From assembly GCA_041665325.1 (NCBI GenBank), contig JBAYJB010000001.1:162817-226816 (forward strand): DNA of 64,000 bases, in the 5' to 3' direction. Below, in pieces: positions 48,089-57,840 of this stretch. Made by a program: the position numbers and the translations under genes. The notes under the pieces are model-generated. The model had not been told where the DNA came from. It saw nothing but the letters and a program-made list of their open reading frames with translations, and made no database searches. The first letter of the stretch is position 1, and the number at the start of each line of letters is the position of its first letter. The stretch comes from Minisyncoccota bacterium. Lineage in GTDB: Bacteria > Patescibacteriota > Minisyncoccia > Phycocordibacterales > PALSA-1337.

Positions 48089-49312
48089 CTAAATAAATCC
48101 TTTGTTACGGCGTTGGCGATGATAGGCGATGGCGAAGCGATGAGCTTCAGCGTTCAATGCAATGATCTCCTTGCGGTATTTTTTGATTATCTCAGGACTA
48201 CCGACGAGATCGGCGGCCTTATGATGTTCGTCTTTTGTCACTGCTACCACCGGGATCGTGATCCTCCTTGAGCTCAATACAGATTCTGCATGTTCTGCCG
48301 CAACCTTGTTGCCATCAACGATGATCAGATCCGGGTATGCCCATTCAGGATGGTTCAAGCGGCGCGAAAGAACTTCGGTTAGATTGTTGATGTCGTCATT
48401 AGAGTCCTTCGCCGCCTTAAATTTTCTATATTGGGAATTATCCAACTGCCCGTTGATCGAGACGACCATGACTCCGACCGTCTCCATGCCGCCGAGATGC
48501 GCGATATCGTAAGCCTCCATCCTAAATGAGCCGGAAGGCTTAAACTGCTGGATGTTCGCTCCATGCTTCAGCAGGGCCATGTCGTTGATATGATCGAGCG
48601 CATAGAGCAATCTTTTTATCTGATCAGCCTCCTCAAAGCGCAGTTCCTTGGCGGCGGCCTTCATCTGGATCTCTAGACGCCTTCTCAGTATCTTTTTCTT
48701 GCCTTCAAAGAAAAGGATCAGGTAGTGGATAGTCCTCAAGTACCGCTTGCGAGCCACCTCGTCACTATCATGCGGCGATCTTCCAAGCGCTCGATAGAAA
48801 GCGTCGTGACGGCTATCAAAGGATTTTTTGTCCTTGAATGGAAAGAGCCGGCGCAGGATCTTCAGGGCCTCTTTGATAAGGCCGGACTCTGGGTATGGGC
48901 CGAATGCCCGCTTCACCTTGTATGGCAGATCACCTTCCTTGACTGCCTGATCAAAATCACGCGCTCGAGCCAAGAATACGCGCGGCCACTTCTCGGCTGT
49001 GATGACCACGTACTGCGAGCTCTTGTCGTCGCGCTCGTCTACGTTGTAGTAGGGCTGATAACGCTTGATCAGTTCGCTCTCAAGGATGATGGCTTCGAGG
49101 ACTGAGTCAGTCGACTCGAAAGTGACGGACTTAGACCGCGTGACCATGTCTACTATCCGTGGCCCCCTGGTGACAATGAGGTCCGCCCCAAAATAGCTGC
49201 GCACACGCGAGCGCAGAGATGTGGCTCGACCGATGTAGAGCGGGCGCTTCTTAGCGTCGCGGAATATGTATATACCAGGCGCGTCTGGGAGAACAACCTT
49301 GAGCGATTTCAT
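48089..49312 (-). CDS. uvrC: excinuclease UvrC (shortened; no HhH tail)
   Basis: GIY-YIG (PGIY..LYIG.A.SLR.RV.SYF), UVR motif, EAYDIAH, PDLIIVDG, EAHRFAI. Confidence 0.85.
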   Translation of the reverse strand: MKSLKVVLPDAPGIYIFRDAKKRPLYIGRATSLRSRVRSYFGADLIVTRGPRIVDMVTRSKSVTFESTDSVLEAIILESELIKRYQPYYNVDERDDKSSQYVVITAEKWPRVFLARARDFDQAVKEGDLPYKVKRAFGPYPESGLIKEALKILRRLFPFKDKKSFDSRHDAFYRALGRSPHDSDEVARKRYLRTIHYLILFFEGKKKILRRRLEIQMKAAAKELRFEEADQIKRLLYALDHINDMALLKHGANIQQFKPSGSFRMEAYDIAHLGGMETVGVMVVSINGQLDNSQYRKFKAAKDSNDDINNLTEVLSRRLNHPEWAYPDLIIVDGNKVAAEHAESVLSSRRITIPVVAVTKDEHHKAADLVGSPEIIKKYRKEIIALNAEAHRFAIAYHRQRRNKGFI

Positions 49313-50073
49313 AGCTCTATCTTCCACATTCTCCGAGCATTCGCAAGAAGCGCATCTTCTACCGTCGCTATAGGCAACCCCTTCACTCTGGCGATCTTCT
49401 CCACTACATGCGACACATAGGCCGGCTCATTGCGCTTGCCTCGGTACGGCACCGGCGTGACGAATGGGCAGTCGGTCTCGGCCTGGATCATGTCGAGCGG
49501 CACATACTCCACAAGCTCAAGGTATTGTTTGGCGAAAGTGATGACGCCGGTGAAGGAGATGGTAAACCCGAGATCAAGGAACATCTTGGCCTCCTCTATC
49601 GTACCGGCAAAGAAATGGGCGTTGCCCTTGACCTTGGCCTGGCTCCGGAGCATCTCCAGAGCGTCGCCATAAGCTTCACGGACATGGAGCATCAGCGGCT
49701 TGCCGGACTCGTTAGCTAGCTCGATCTGCGCCGCGAACGTCTCTTTTTGTCTGGCTTTGGTATCGGCTTCGAGCCGGAAATAATCGAGGCCGCACTCCCC
49801 GATACCGACGACTCTGGGGTTCTTCAGGAATTCCCTGTAGACCGCCGGATCAAAGGACTCGTCGCTGTGCGTCGGATGCAGACCAACGATGGCATATACC
49901 CCTTCTTCATATTGACCAACCATCTCGACGGCCTTTCGCGAGGTATCCGCCTGGGTCCCGACATTGATGACGGCTGTGTCCGCGGTAACGGCGCGTCGGA
50001 CCGCCTCATCGCGATCCGCGTCGAAAACGGCGAAATTCAAATGCGCATGGATGTCAATATAGCGGAAAGCCAA
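49309..50073 (-). CDS. tatD: TatD-family hydrolase
   Basis: DIHAH, GLHP, IGECGLDY, LHVR, ETDCP, RNEP. Confidence 0.93.
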   Translation of the reverse strand: MAFRYIDIHAHLNFAVFDADRDEAVRRAVTADTAVINVGTQADTSRKAVEMVGQYEEGVYAIVGLHPTHSDESFDPAVYREFLKNPRVVGIGECGLDYFRLEADTKARQKETFAAQIELANESGKPLMLHVREAYGDALEMLRSQAKVKGNAHFFAGTIEEAKMFLDLGFTISFTGVITFAKQYLELVEYVPLDMIQAETDCPFVTPVPYRGKRNEPAYVSHVVEKIARVKGLPIATVEDALLANARRMWKIEL

Positions 50074-50077
50074 GGAT

Positions 50078-51292
50078 TTAGATCTCGTTTATCGCGGTAC
50101 TGACCACGCGGAGAGTGGCGGAGGATGATTGCTGCGGATTCGTCCCGCTGTTGCATGCGACTGTGAAGTTGTATGTACCCACCACGGTCCCGCTATCAAG
50201 AGCAGCCGTAGTACCGCTCCAGGTGTCCGTACCGTCGCCGTTAGAAACATTATTGATGGGCATGGCCAGCCAGCCGGAACCGTCCCAATTCGTGCCTGAC
50301 TCTGGGGCGCAAGTATAATCGCTCGACATGGTGGCATTGAAAGACAGGAAGAATTGAGTGTTCTTGTTGAGGGTCGCGGTATTCTTGGTAGCCGTCGTGC
50401 CGCTCTTGGCGATCAGGAGATTGGTAGAACCGAGCGGTTGGAGGATAGTGACGACCGGACAAGAGATGCTGTTCGAGAAAGCGCCAATCGAATCCTTGAT
50501 AAGCACGTTCGGACCAGAACCGGTCGAAGAATAAGAGACGATCTTGGTGTTAGAACCAGCATAACCGGCGCCGTCCCAGTTGTATGTATATGGTCCAGTG
50601 CCGCTCGTCGGATTGGCCGTGAATGTCACCGCGGTATTCGGAGCTAAGTTGGTCGGCGGGTTCGGCACAGCCGTACAGTTGCCGGTGATCGGCTGGTTGG
50701 CGCAGTTGCCCAAGGGACAGAGCGTCACGCCGGTCGAACCGGCACCAGCGGTATTGAACTGGATCCAACCCATGACCGAACCACCCCAGGCATAACCGAC
50801 GAAGGCACCAGTCGTGGAATCCATAGTCACGCCGCCGTTGCCGCTCATATCGCTGGTCGCGTGATTGGTGCCGGACAGCTCGATCCAGCCATCCCAGCCA
50901 TCGCTCCTCGAAATCATCGAGGCACAAGTGCCGAAGACGGCACCGGCGCAAGCGCGCGCCCAGCCAGTGACCGCGCCGTTCGTAAGATTGACATTGGCGT
51001 TGCCACCAGCGGCCGGGAAGCTAGCCAAGCCGCCGAACTTGATCCAACCGAGATTGGATGACCACATATATCCGGTAATATTCCCGGAACCGTCAGCCAC
51101 AAGCTGATACGGTCCGCCCCCGGCACCCGCATCAGTCGAACTGGCCGATAGCCAGCCAGTGTTCGAAGACCAGGCCCAACCGCCGATGCCGCCGGGATTG
51201 ACAGCCGCGATGACGCTAGTTATCTGGGCGATGACCAGGAGGAAAACCAGGATGAGCACAATCGAGCCAAATTGAGAGAGAAGCTTCTTCAC
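50078..51292 (-). CDS. secreted surface protein with G(W/Y)AW..GWI repeats and PKD-like domain
   Basis: Signal peptide; GWAWSSNTGW, GYMWSSNLGW, GYAWGGSVMGW; FTA..SGTGPYTYNW; start GTG 51292. Confidence 0.75.
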   Translation of the reverse strand: MKKLLSQFGSIVLILVFLLVIAQITSVIAAVNPGGIGGWAWSSNTGWLSASSTDAGAGGGPYQLVADGSGNITGYMWSSNLGWIKFGGLASFPAAGGNANVNLTNGAVTGWARACAGAVFGTCASMISRSDGWDGWIELSGTNHATSDMSGNGGVTMDSTTGAFVGYAWGGSVMGWIQFNTAGAGSTGVTLCPLGNCANQPITGNCTAVPNPPTNLAPNTAVTFTANPTSGTGPYTYNWDGAGYAGSNTKIVSYSSTGSGPNVLIKDSIGAFSNSISCPVVTILQPLGSTNLLIAKSGTTATKNTATLNKNTQFFLSFNATMSSDYTCAPESGTNWDGSGWLAMPINNVSNGDGTDTWSGTTAALDSGTVVGTYNFTVACNSGTNPQQSSSATLRVVSTAINEI

Positions 51293-51349
51293 CTCTGTAT
51301 TGTAACGCATACTGTAGGAAACTGGGTGAATGTGTTGTGGATAAAACCG

Positions 51350-53866
51350 CTATTCAGGCCATCTTTCGACCATGAGGAGCTTCTTAGCCGGGATCGGCAT
51401 ATCAGCCCAGATCTCTTCCGTCACATAAGGCATGAATGGGTGGAGCGCCCGCAAGATCGTCTCGAAGCCACGCAGGAGGAATTGGACGCGAGACAACCGG
51501 GCCCGAGCGTCCTCCCCCGCCAGGATCGGCTTGCTCTCCTCGATGATCCTATCGGCAAATTCGTGCCAGGCGTAGTGGTAGAGCTTCTCGCCGACGAGAT
51601 AAAGCTTGTATTCGTCCATCTCCCTGGTCAACTCCGATGTCAGGATAGCGAGATCTTTGATGTGCGCGACATCGGCAGGTGACCAATCCTCGAATTTCGG
51701 ATCGTATGCGATGCTAGCTACTGGAACCTTGTCTTTGCCGCGATCGCCTCCGGCAGATGACAGCACGAAGCGCGCGACATTCCAGAGCTTGTTGGTGAAG
51801 AGCTTGTAAGCCTTGATCTTCTGCTCGTCTATCTTACTGTCATTGCCGGGGCCGACAGCCACGATGAGGGACATGCGCACGGCATCGGCACCATACTTGG
51901 CGATCATATCGAGCGGATCGAGATTGTTGCCGAGCGACTTGCTGATCTTGCGACCTTTGGCATCGCGGACCAGGCCGTGGATATAGACGGTCTTGAATGG
52001 CACTTCGCCCAAAAGATAAGTGCTCATGAGGATCATGCGCGCCACCCAGAAGAAGAGGATGTCGGCACCGGTCTCGAGGATCGTAGTCGGATGATACTGG
52101 CGGTTCCTCTTGAATTCTTTCTCATCCGGCCAGCCGAGCGTTGAAAAAGTCCAGAGGCCGGAAGAGAACCAGGTGTCGAGCGTGTCCTCGTCTTGGATCC
52201 AACCAAAACCTTTATCTTCAGGGGGTGTTATCCCAACATAGATTTCCGCAGGACGAAGATTACGTTGAATTCGATTTTTTTGAATCCAATCTTCATCAAC
52301 ATAACCTCTTTGCTTCAAAATATTAATATATTGTCTTGTCAGTTGCATCTCATCTTCCTTGTTCGTTAGCCAAGAAACTTTTTCGTTGTCATTAAGGAGA
52401 AAATCTGTCGAAAAATTATCAAACTCTCTGCGATTCATTAGATTTAATTTTTTGTACAAAATATCCTCCTTAAAATGAATGGCTTCCATATCACTACCAA
52501 CTTCTGTCTTATACCACACCGGGATGCGGTGCCCATACCAGATCTGGCGCGAAATGCACCAATCGCGGAGATTTTCGATCCAGTGGACATAGACCTTCTC
52601 GAAGCGGTCAGGGATAATCTTGACGCCGACTGGAGAAGAGACTGCTTCTTTCATCAACTCCTTCAAAGTGACCATTTTCCGGTCACTTGGCGGAAGTGAC
52701 GCACCCTCCGTAGCCGCGCGGCGCTCAAAAGGTTTATTCACCGCCACGAACCATTGGAGTTTGGGCAATGGTTCGACGATGCCACCCGTACGCTGGGCAA
52801 GACTGATATTATGTTCGATATCTTCTGACTTCTCCAAGAGACCTTCCTGCTTGAGCCATGCGACAACTGCTTCGCGGGCCTCTACTGTCTTCTTGTCTTT
52901 GACTCCCTCCATGCCGGTCGTCATTTTGGCATATTCATTGATAACTTGTTTGAGCGGAAGGCTGTGCCGTTGAGCCATCTCCCAATCAGCGATGCTGTGA
53001 GCCGGGGTCACTCCGAGCGCGCCCGTACCGAATGCCGGGTCTACCGATTGATCAGCGACCACCTTGAGCGCAATCGGCTCACCGGCAAAAACAGCCTTGA
53101 ATTCCTGGCCGATGAACTGCTTGTACCTCTCATCATCCGGATGCACGGCGATGGCGGTGTCGCCGAGCTTCGTTTCCGGCCGAGTCGTGGAGATAGAGAT
53201 CGGAATGTCTTTGGAATACTTGAATGTGTATAGAGTGGTCTTCCGAGCCTCATACTCGATCTCATCATCAGATATAGTCGTCTGTCCCTTGGGGTCCCAA
53301 TTGACCACACGATAACCGCGGTAGATCAGTCCGTCGTCATACATCTTCTTGAAAGCCGTGCGTACAGCAAGGTTTCTCTCTTCATCGAGAGTGAAAGCTT
53401 CGCGCGACCAATCGAGCGAGGCGCCAAGCTTGCGAATCTGGGTGATGATTGCGTCATGAGTGGTCACGACATGCGCATCGATGCGACGGAGTAATTCTTC
53501 ACGGCCGAGGTCGTGGCGCGACTTACCATCCTTCTTCTGGATATCCTTCTCCACCACGGCCTGGGTGGCGATAGCGGCATGATCGGTGCCGGGGATCCAG
53601 AGCGTGCGTTTCCCCTTCATGCGGGCATAACGGACCATGATATCCTCGATGGCGAGCATCAAAGCCGAGCCCATATGCAGGACGCCAGTCACGTTGGGCG
53701 GAGGTAAGACCATCGAGAAGGACTCGCCCTTCTGATGACGCTCCGGCAACTTATCAGGATCGAAGAATCCGCTCTCCTCCCAGAGCTTGTATATACGGTC
53801 TTCTGTCGCCGTCGGATCGAATGGCTTCAGGAATTTCGCGGGGACATGGGCAGGCTTATCATTCAT
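51350..53866 (-). CDS. valS: valine--tRNA ligase (no C-terminal coiled coil; internal insertions)
   Basis: PPPNVTG.LHMG, GTDHA.IATQ, TTRPET, DWCISRQ.W.GH, DTWFSS, KISKS. Confidence 0.96.
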   Translation of the reverse strand: MNDKPAHVPAKFLKPFDPTATEDRIYKLWEESGFFDPDKLPERHQKGESFSMVLPPPNVTGVLHMGSALMLAIEDIMVRYARMKGKRTLWIPGTDHAAIATQAVVEKDIQKKDGKSRHDLGREELLRRIDAHVVTTHDAIITQIRKLGASLDWSREAFTLDEERNLAVRTAFKKMYDDGLIYRGYRVVNWDPKGQTTISDDEIEYEARKTTLYTFKYSKDIPISISTTRPETKLGDTAIAVHPDDERYKQFIGQEFKAVFAGEPIALKVVADQSVDPAFGTGALGVTPAHSIADWEMAQRHSLPLKQVINEYAKMTTGMEGVKDKKTVEAREAVVAWLKQEGLLEKSEDIEHNISLAQRTGGIVEPLPKLQWFVAVNKPFERRAATEGASLPPSDRKMVTLKELMKEAVSSPVGVKIIPDRFEKVYVHWIENLRDWCISRQIWYGHRIPVWYKTEVGSDMEAIHFKEDILYKKLNLMNRREFDNFSTDFLLNDNEKVSWLTNKEDEMQLTRQYINILKQRGYVDEDWIQKNRIQRNLRPAEIYVGITPPEDKGFGWIQDEDTLDTWFSSGLWTFSTLGWPDEKEFKRNRQYHPTTILETGADILFFWVARMILMSTYLLGEVPFKTVYIHGLVRDAKGRKISKSLGNNLDPLDMIAKYGADAVRMSLIVAVGPGNDSKIDEQKIKAYKLFTNKLWNVARFVLSSAGGDRGKDKVPVASIAYDPKFEDWSPADVAHIKDLAILTSELTREMDEYKLYLVGEKLYHYAWHEFADRIIEESKPILAGEDARARLSRVQFLLRGFETILRALHPFMPYVTEEIWADMPIPAKKLLMVERWPE

Positions 53867-53884
53867 GCTGAAAATAGTAACAGA

Positions 53885-53916
53885 AAAAGCGGTTCTTTGG
53901 TAATCAAAGGACCGCT
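53885..53916 (-). terminator. intrinsic terminator
   Basis: AAAAAGCGGTTCTTTG..CAAAGGACCGCT. Confidence 0.7.
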
Positions 53917-53938
53917 CGTTCTCGAACGCTCGCCGGAT

Positions 53939-54331
53939 TTACATGCAGGGACTGTAATACGAGCAATTGCGGTTGGAACCGTAGCCGTAGCCGCCAGCCG
54001 GGAAATATCGGACCGTCGGCACATAATAGTTGTAGAAATATCCGTTCGGATAGACGACCTGGACTGTCGGGATGGTGCGAGGCGACGGAGCTGGCGGATA
54101 ATTATTGTAGCCGCCATAGTTGTAGCCGCCTCCATAACCGCCATAGTTGTAGCCGCCATTCCTGTAGTTTCCGCCATAGGAATAGCCGCCGTTGTAACCG
54201 CCGTTGTTATTGTTGCCATAGCCACCGCTCCACTGGGCTGAAGCATGACCCGGTGCAAGGGCGAGAATGAATGCAAATACAGCCAGAGCGATGCCGGCTG
54301 AAATAACGTTGTTTTTTAAGGTTTTCTTCAT
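53939..54331 (-). CDS. secreted Gly/Tyr/Asn-rich low-complexity protein
   Basis: Signal peptide ..ASA|Q; GGYNYGGY repeats; TTGACT-N17-TAGTGT at 54409-54381. Confidence 0.75.
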   Translation of the reverse strand: MKKTLKNNVISAGIALAVFAFILALAPGHASAQWSGGYGNNNNGGYNGGYSYGGNYRNGGYNYGGYGGGYNYGGYNNYPPAPSPRTIPTVQVVYPNGYFYNYYVPTVRYFPAGGYGYGSNRNCSYYSPCM

Positions 54332-54423
54332 GTGGATATGATATAAATGTTAAGCGACCGATCGGCAGTGTTATCTACCGACACTACAATAATTAAACTG
54401 ATTAGTCAAGCTTAAATCATCTT

Positions 54424-55638
54424 ATGATCATCCTCGGCATCGAAACTTCCTGTGACGAGACTGCCCTCGCCCTCATCGAAACGCAAGGCGAAGGCTCCGC
54501 GCGCGAGTACCGCGTGATCGCGTCGCTCATCCTTTCGCAGGCGGAATTGCACAGCGCATACGGCGGTGTCTATCCGACGCTAGCCAAGAGAGAGCACGGC
54601 AAAAATATCGTGCCGCTTTTGCATAGATTGTTCGAACAAGCCGGACTACCACGCCGCTCTCCGTCAGTCGGACAGGATTCGCCGGCACAAGGACTATCGG
54701 AGACGCTTGACTCTTTCCGCACCGAAGTCGGATCACAAAATCCTGAACTGTTCGAATCATTCGCCCAGGCGGAGTTCTTGGAGCAAGCCCCGGCAATCGA
54801 TCTCATCGCTGTGACCGAGGGACCGGGACTGGAACCGGCCCTCTGGGTCGGGATCAACTGCGCCCGGATGCTCGCGGCTCTGTGGGGTACGCCACTTCTG
54901 CCGGTCAACCACATGGAGGGGCATATCATCGGTTCCCTGCTCCCGTCCGACCTCGTGGACGGAGCTTGGCAGAAGCTCTACGAGTTGCCTTTGCCTGCCG
55001 TCGCCCTCCTCGCAAGCGGCGGCCATACCGAATTGGTCAGGATAGATTCACTCGCTCACTATGAGATCGTTGGCGAGACCCGGGACGATGCCGTCGGCGA
55101 GGCTTTCGACAAGGCCGCACGCCTCCTCGGCCTCCCCTATCCCGGCGGACCGCGCTTGGCGGAGCTGTCGGCACAAGCCGCCACCGCAGGGATCATCTCG
55201 CCGGTCAAACTCCCCCGGCCGATGCTCGGGAGCGATGATCTAGACTTTTCCTTTTCAGGCCTAAAGACGGCCGTGCTGTATGCCGTGAGAGACGCCGACA
55301 AAACTCCCGATGGCCAATTACCCGATGATTTCAAAAAAGGCCTGGCTCGCGAATTCGAGCAGGCGGTCGTGGAGACGCTGGACACCAAGCTCCGCTCGGC
55401 CATCGAAAAGATCGGTGCACGATCGATCGTGATCGGCGGCGGTGTAAGCGCGAACTTAGCACTAAGAGAGAGATTCGGAGAGACCGCGCGCGAACATGGC
55501 ATCCCGATATTCCTACCGTCGCGACATATCGCCGGTGACAACGCCTTGATGATCGCGCTCTCCGGCGCCATCGGGTTCACCACCCCTCGAACAGAAAAGC
55601 TCCGCGCCCAGGGTACCAAAAGACTTGGCGAAGAGTGA
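54424..55638 (+). CDS. tsaD: tRNA t6A threonylcarbamoyltransferase TsaD
   Basis: LGIETSCDET, GPGL, NHMEGH, SGGHT, DDA.GEAFDK, FSFSGLKT, GGV.AN, DNA.MIA. Confidence 0.96.
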   Translation: MIILGIETSCDETALALIETQGEGSAREYRVIASLILSQAELHSAYGGVYPTLAKREHGKNIVPLLHRLFEQAGLPRRSPSVGQDSPAQGLSETLDSFRTEVGSQNPELFESFAQAEFLEQAPAIDLIAVTEGPGLEPALWVGINCARMLAALWGTPLLPVNHMEGHIIGSLLPSDLVDGAWQKLYELPLPAVALLASGGHTELVRIDSLAHYEIVGETRDDAVGEAFDKAARLLGLPYPGGPRLAELSAQAATAGIISPVKLPRPMLGSDDLDFSFSGLKTAVLYAVRDADKTPDGQLPDDFKKGLAREFEQAVVETLDTKLRSAIEKIGARSIVIGGGVSANLALRERFGETAREHGIPIFLPSRHIAGDNALMIALSGAIGFTTPRTEKLRAQGTKRLGEE

Positions 55639-55654
55639 TCCAGGACCCGCGCAG

Positions 55655-55921
55655 CTACTTGCGGATGATAACCTTGAGAAAAGAAATAGCGGCGAACAGC
55701 ACCACCGTGATGAAGAGCGCGAGGTACCCCCAGACACCCAACCCCCGGCCCATCCCAAAGAGCGCGTCATAGACAAAACCCATGATCACCAGCTCGACAT
55801 AGAACGGGAAGGACCAAGCCGAGAGGAGCGCAATCGGCAGAGCGACATACCAATAGCCGAACAGCGTCAAGATCAGGAGGAAGATATCGAGCAAGACCCT
55901 CAATGTCGGATTCTCATTCAT
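55655..55921 (-). CDS. small hydrophobic protein in mreD position
   Basis: 88 aa, almost all TM; G..YD.L.G; directly follows mreC. Confidence 0.6.
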   Translation of the reverse strand: MNENPTLRVLLDIFLLILTLFGYWYVALPIALLSAWSFPFYVELVIMGFVYDALFGMGRGLGVWGYLALFITVVLFAAISFLKVIIRK

Positions 55922-55922
55922 G

Positions 55923-56729
55923 TCACTTCTTGAGCTTGGCGGCCGGTCGCGCGTCGACCATGACCCAACGCAAGCTGTAGATATTCACCTGCGGCGTGAA
56001 GATGATCGTGTCGAAAGGATCGGCCGGATCCGTAGCCAGAGAGACGATCACACCGAGCGGTCCATTGCTCAAGGAAGGATCATTGACCGCATCCCCGACG
56101 AGGAGCGCTGTGCCGTGCGGCACATCTGCCCGGTATTGTCCCCCGCCCTGACCTACCGCCGTAGCTGGGACATGGTTCGCGCCGATCAGGACGTTATACC
56201 TCTCTCCCGGCGAGGAATATAGAGCTATTTTCGAGGTTTGGCTTAGGACCTCGACGGCGCGACCGATGAGGATATTGCCAGGCGCGTAGACACGGGTGGT
56301 AGTCGAGATCCCGTCATCGGCGCCGAGGTCGATGATGAGCTCGTCATAAGGCATGAATGGCGGGCGGGCCAAAACAGCCGCCAACTTAAACGGTGTGGTC
56401 GAGGCGCGATAGAACATCGCCTTGAGCTCTTGGTTCTCGACGAGGATCGCGCCGATGGTCGAACTAGCAATATTCTGCTTGAGACTGTCCAGCTGGAATT
56501 TGAGCTCCTCGTTATCCTTGAGCAGTTCCGCGGGCGACCTCAAGGCGCCGCTTTGAATGGAAAAAGACATCCGCCAGAAGGGCCGCGCGACCGCAGTCAT
56601 GAGACTCGGGAAGGTGTGAGGCGCTCGCCAACTGATGAACAGTACGATGAGCACGACGATGATAGAAATCGTCCAGAACACTCTCGACCGACGCCTGGCC
56701 GGTGAGCTATGAGGAAGAAGGTAAGTCAT
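55923..56729 (-). CDS. mreC: rod shape-determining protein MreC
   Basis: TM plus coiled coil (EN..LK), A.V..RP, LIID.G..DG, LIG...EV. Confidence 0.88.
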   Translation of the reverse strand: MTYLLPHSSPARRRSRVFWTISIIVVLIVLFISWRAPHTFPSLMTAVARPFWRMSFSIQSGALRSPAELLKDNEELKFQLDSLKQNIASSTIGAILVENQELKAMFYRASTTPFKLAAVLARPPFMPYDELIIDLGADDGISTTTRVYAPGNILIGRAVEVLSQTSKIALYSSPGERYNVLIGANHVPATAVGQGGGQYRADVPHGTALLVGDAVNDPSLSNGPLGVIVSLATDPADPFDTIIFTPQVNIYSLRWVMVDARPAAKLKK

Positions 56730-57774
56730 CTTCGCTTTCGATGAGGATCGACCGGTAGCGTTCGAGGTCTTCGAGGATGATGCCGGCCCCGCGGGCGATG
56801 GCGGTCAGCGGATCTTCGGCGATCGAGACGGGCAGTTTGAGCGTTTCGGCCAAGAGGATATGAAGGCCTTTGATGAGTGCACCGCCACCGACCAGATATA
56901 TGCCGCGGCGCATGATATCGGAAAGGATCTCGGGAGGTGTGGTCTCGAGGACTTCCTTGGTGGCTTCGACCAAAGTGTCGATCGACTGCCCCATGGCCTC
57001 GCGGATGTCAGAGTCGGTGATCACTACTTCACGCGGCAAGCCGGTGATGAGGTCACGGCCGCGGATAGTGGTCTCGAGAGATTCGTCCAAGACGACAGAG
57101 CCGACGCTCATCTTGACCTGTTCGGCCGTGGTCTCGCCGATCAAGATCTTGAATTCGTTGCGGATATAGGAAATGATGTCGTTGTTGAAGCGGTCGCCGG
57201 CGATCTTGAGATTCTTGGAACGGACGATGCCACCGAGCGAGATCACGGCGATGTCGGTCGTACCGCCGCCGATGTCGATGATCATAGAACCGACCGGATC
57301 GTGGACCGGCAGGCGGATGCCGATCGCCCCAGCCATCGGCTGTTCTACTATATAGACCTCGCGGGCGCCGGCGTTCTTGGTGGCGTCGCGGACGGCGCGC
57401 ACCTCGACGTTGGTCACACCCGAAGGTACGCCGACCACTACGCGCGGACCTAGTAGTCTGTGGGGCATGTATTCGCCGGCACGGCGCATGAGGTATGAGA
57501 GCATCTCTTCGGTGACCTCGAAGTCAGAGATCACCCCGTCGACGAGCGGGCGCACGGCCGTGATATGAGCCGGCGTACGGCCGAGCATCTCCTTGGCGGC
57601 GGCACCAACAGCCACGACTTGACCGGTCTTCTCATTCACGGCTACGACCGAAGGCTCGTTGACGACGATGCCCTTGCCGCGCACATATACGAGAGTGTTA
57701 GCGGTACCGAGATCGATGCCGATATCGTTGGAGAAACGACTAAAAAGCCTGTCTTTGTGATCCTTGAAACTCAT
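56707..57774 (-). CDS. mreB: rod shape-determining protein MreB
   Basis: IGIDLGTANT, NEPSVVA, DIGGGTTD, LVGGGALI. Confidence 0.97.
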   Translation of the reverse strand: MSFKDHKDRLFSRFSNDIGIDLGTANTLVYVRGKGIVVNEPSVVAVNEKTGQVVAVGAAAKEMLGRTPAHITAVRPLVDGVISDFEVTEEMLSYLMRRAGEYMPHRLLGPRVVVGVPSGVTNVEVRAVRDATKNAGAREVYIVEQPMAGAIGIRLPVHDPVGSMIIDIGGGTTDIAVISLGGIVRSKNLKIAGDRFNNDIISYIRNEFKILIGETTAEQVKMSVGSVVLDESLETTIRGRDLITGLPREVVITDSDIREAMGQSIDTLVEATKEVLETTPPEILSDIMRRGIYLVGGGALIKGLHILLAETLKLPVSIAEDPLTAIARGAGIILEDLERYRSILIESEDDLPSSS

Positions 57775-57840
57775 TGCTTGGAGCTTACCACAACTAGAAA
57801 TATGCGAGTAATTGACAGATTGTTTTCTCTATGACCATCT

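Noticed and set aside
54100-54230. Short repeats as a CRISPR array
   Set aside because: In-frame coding repeats without unique spacers; no cas genes.
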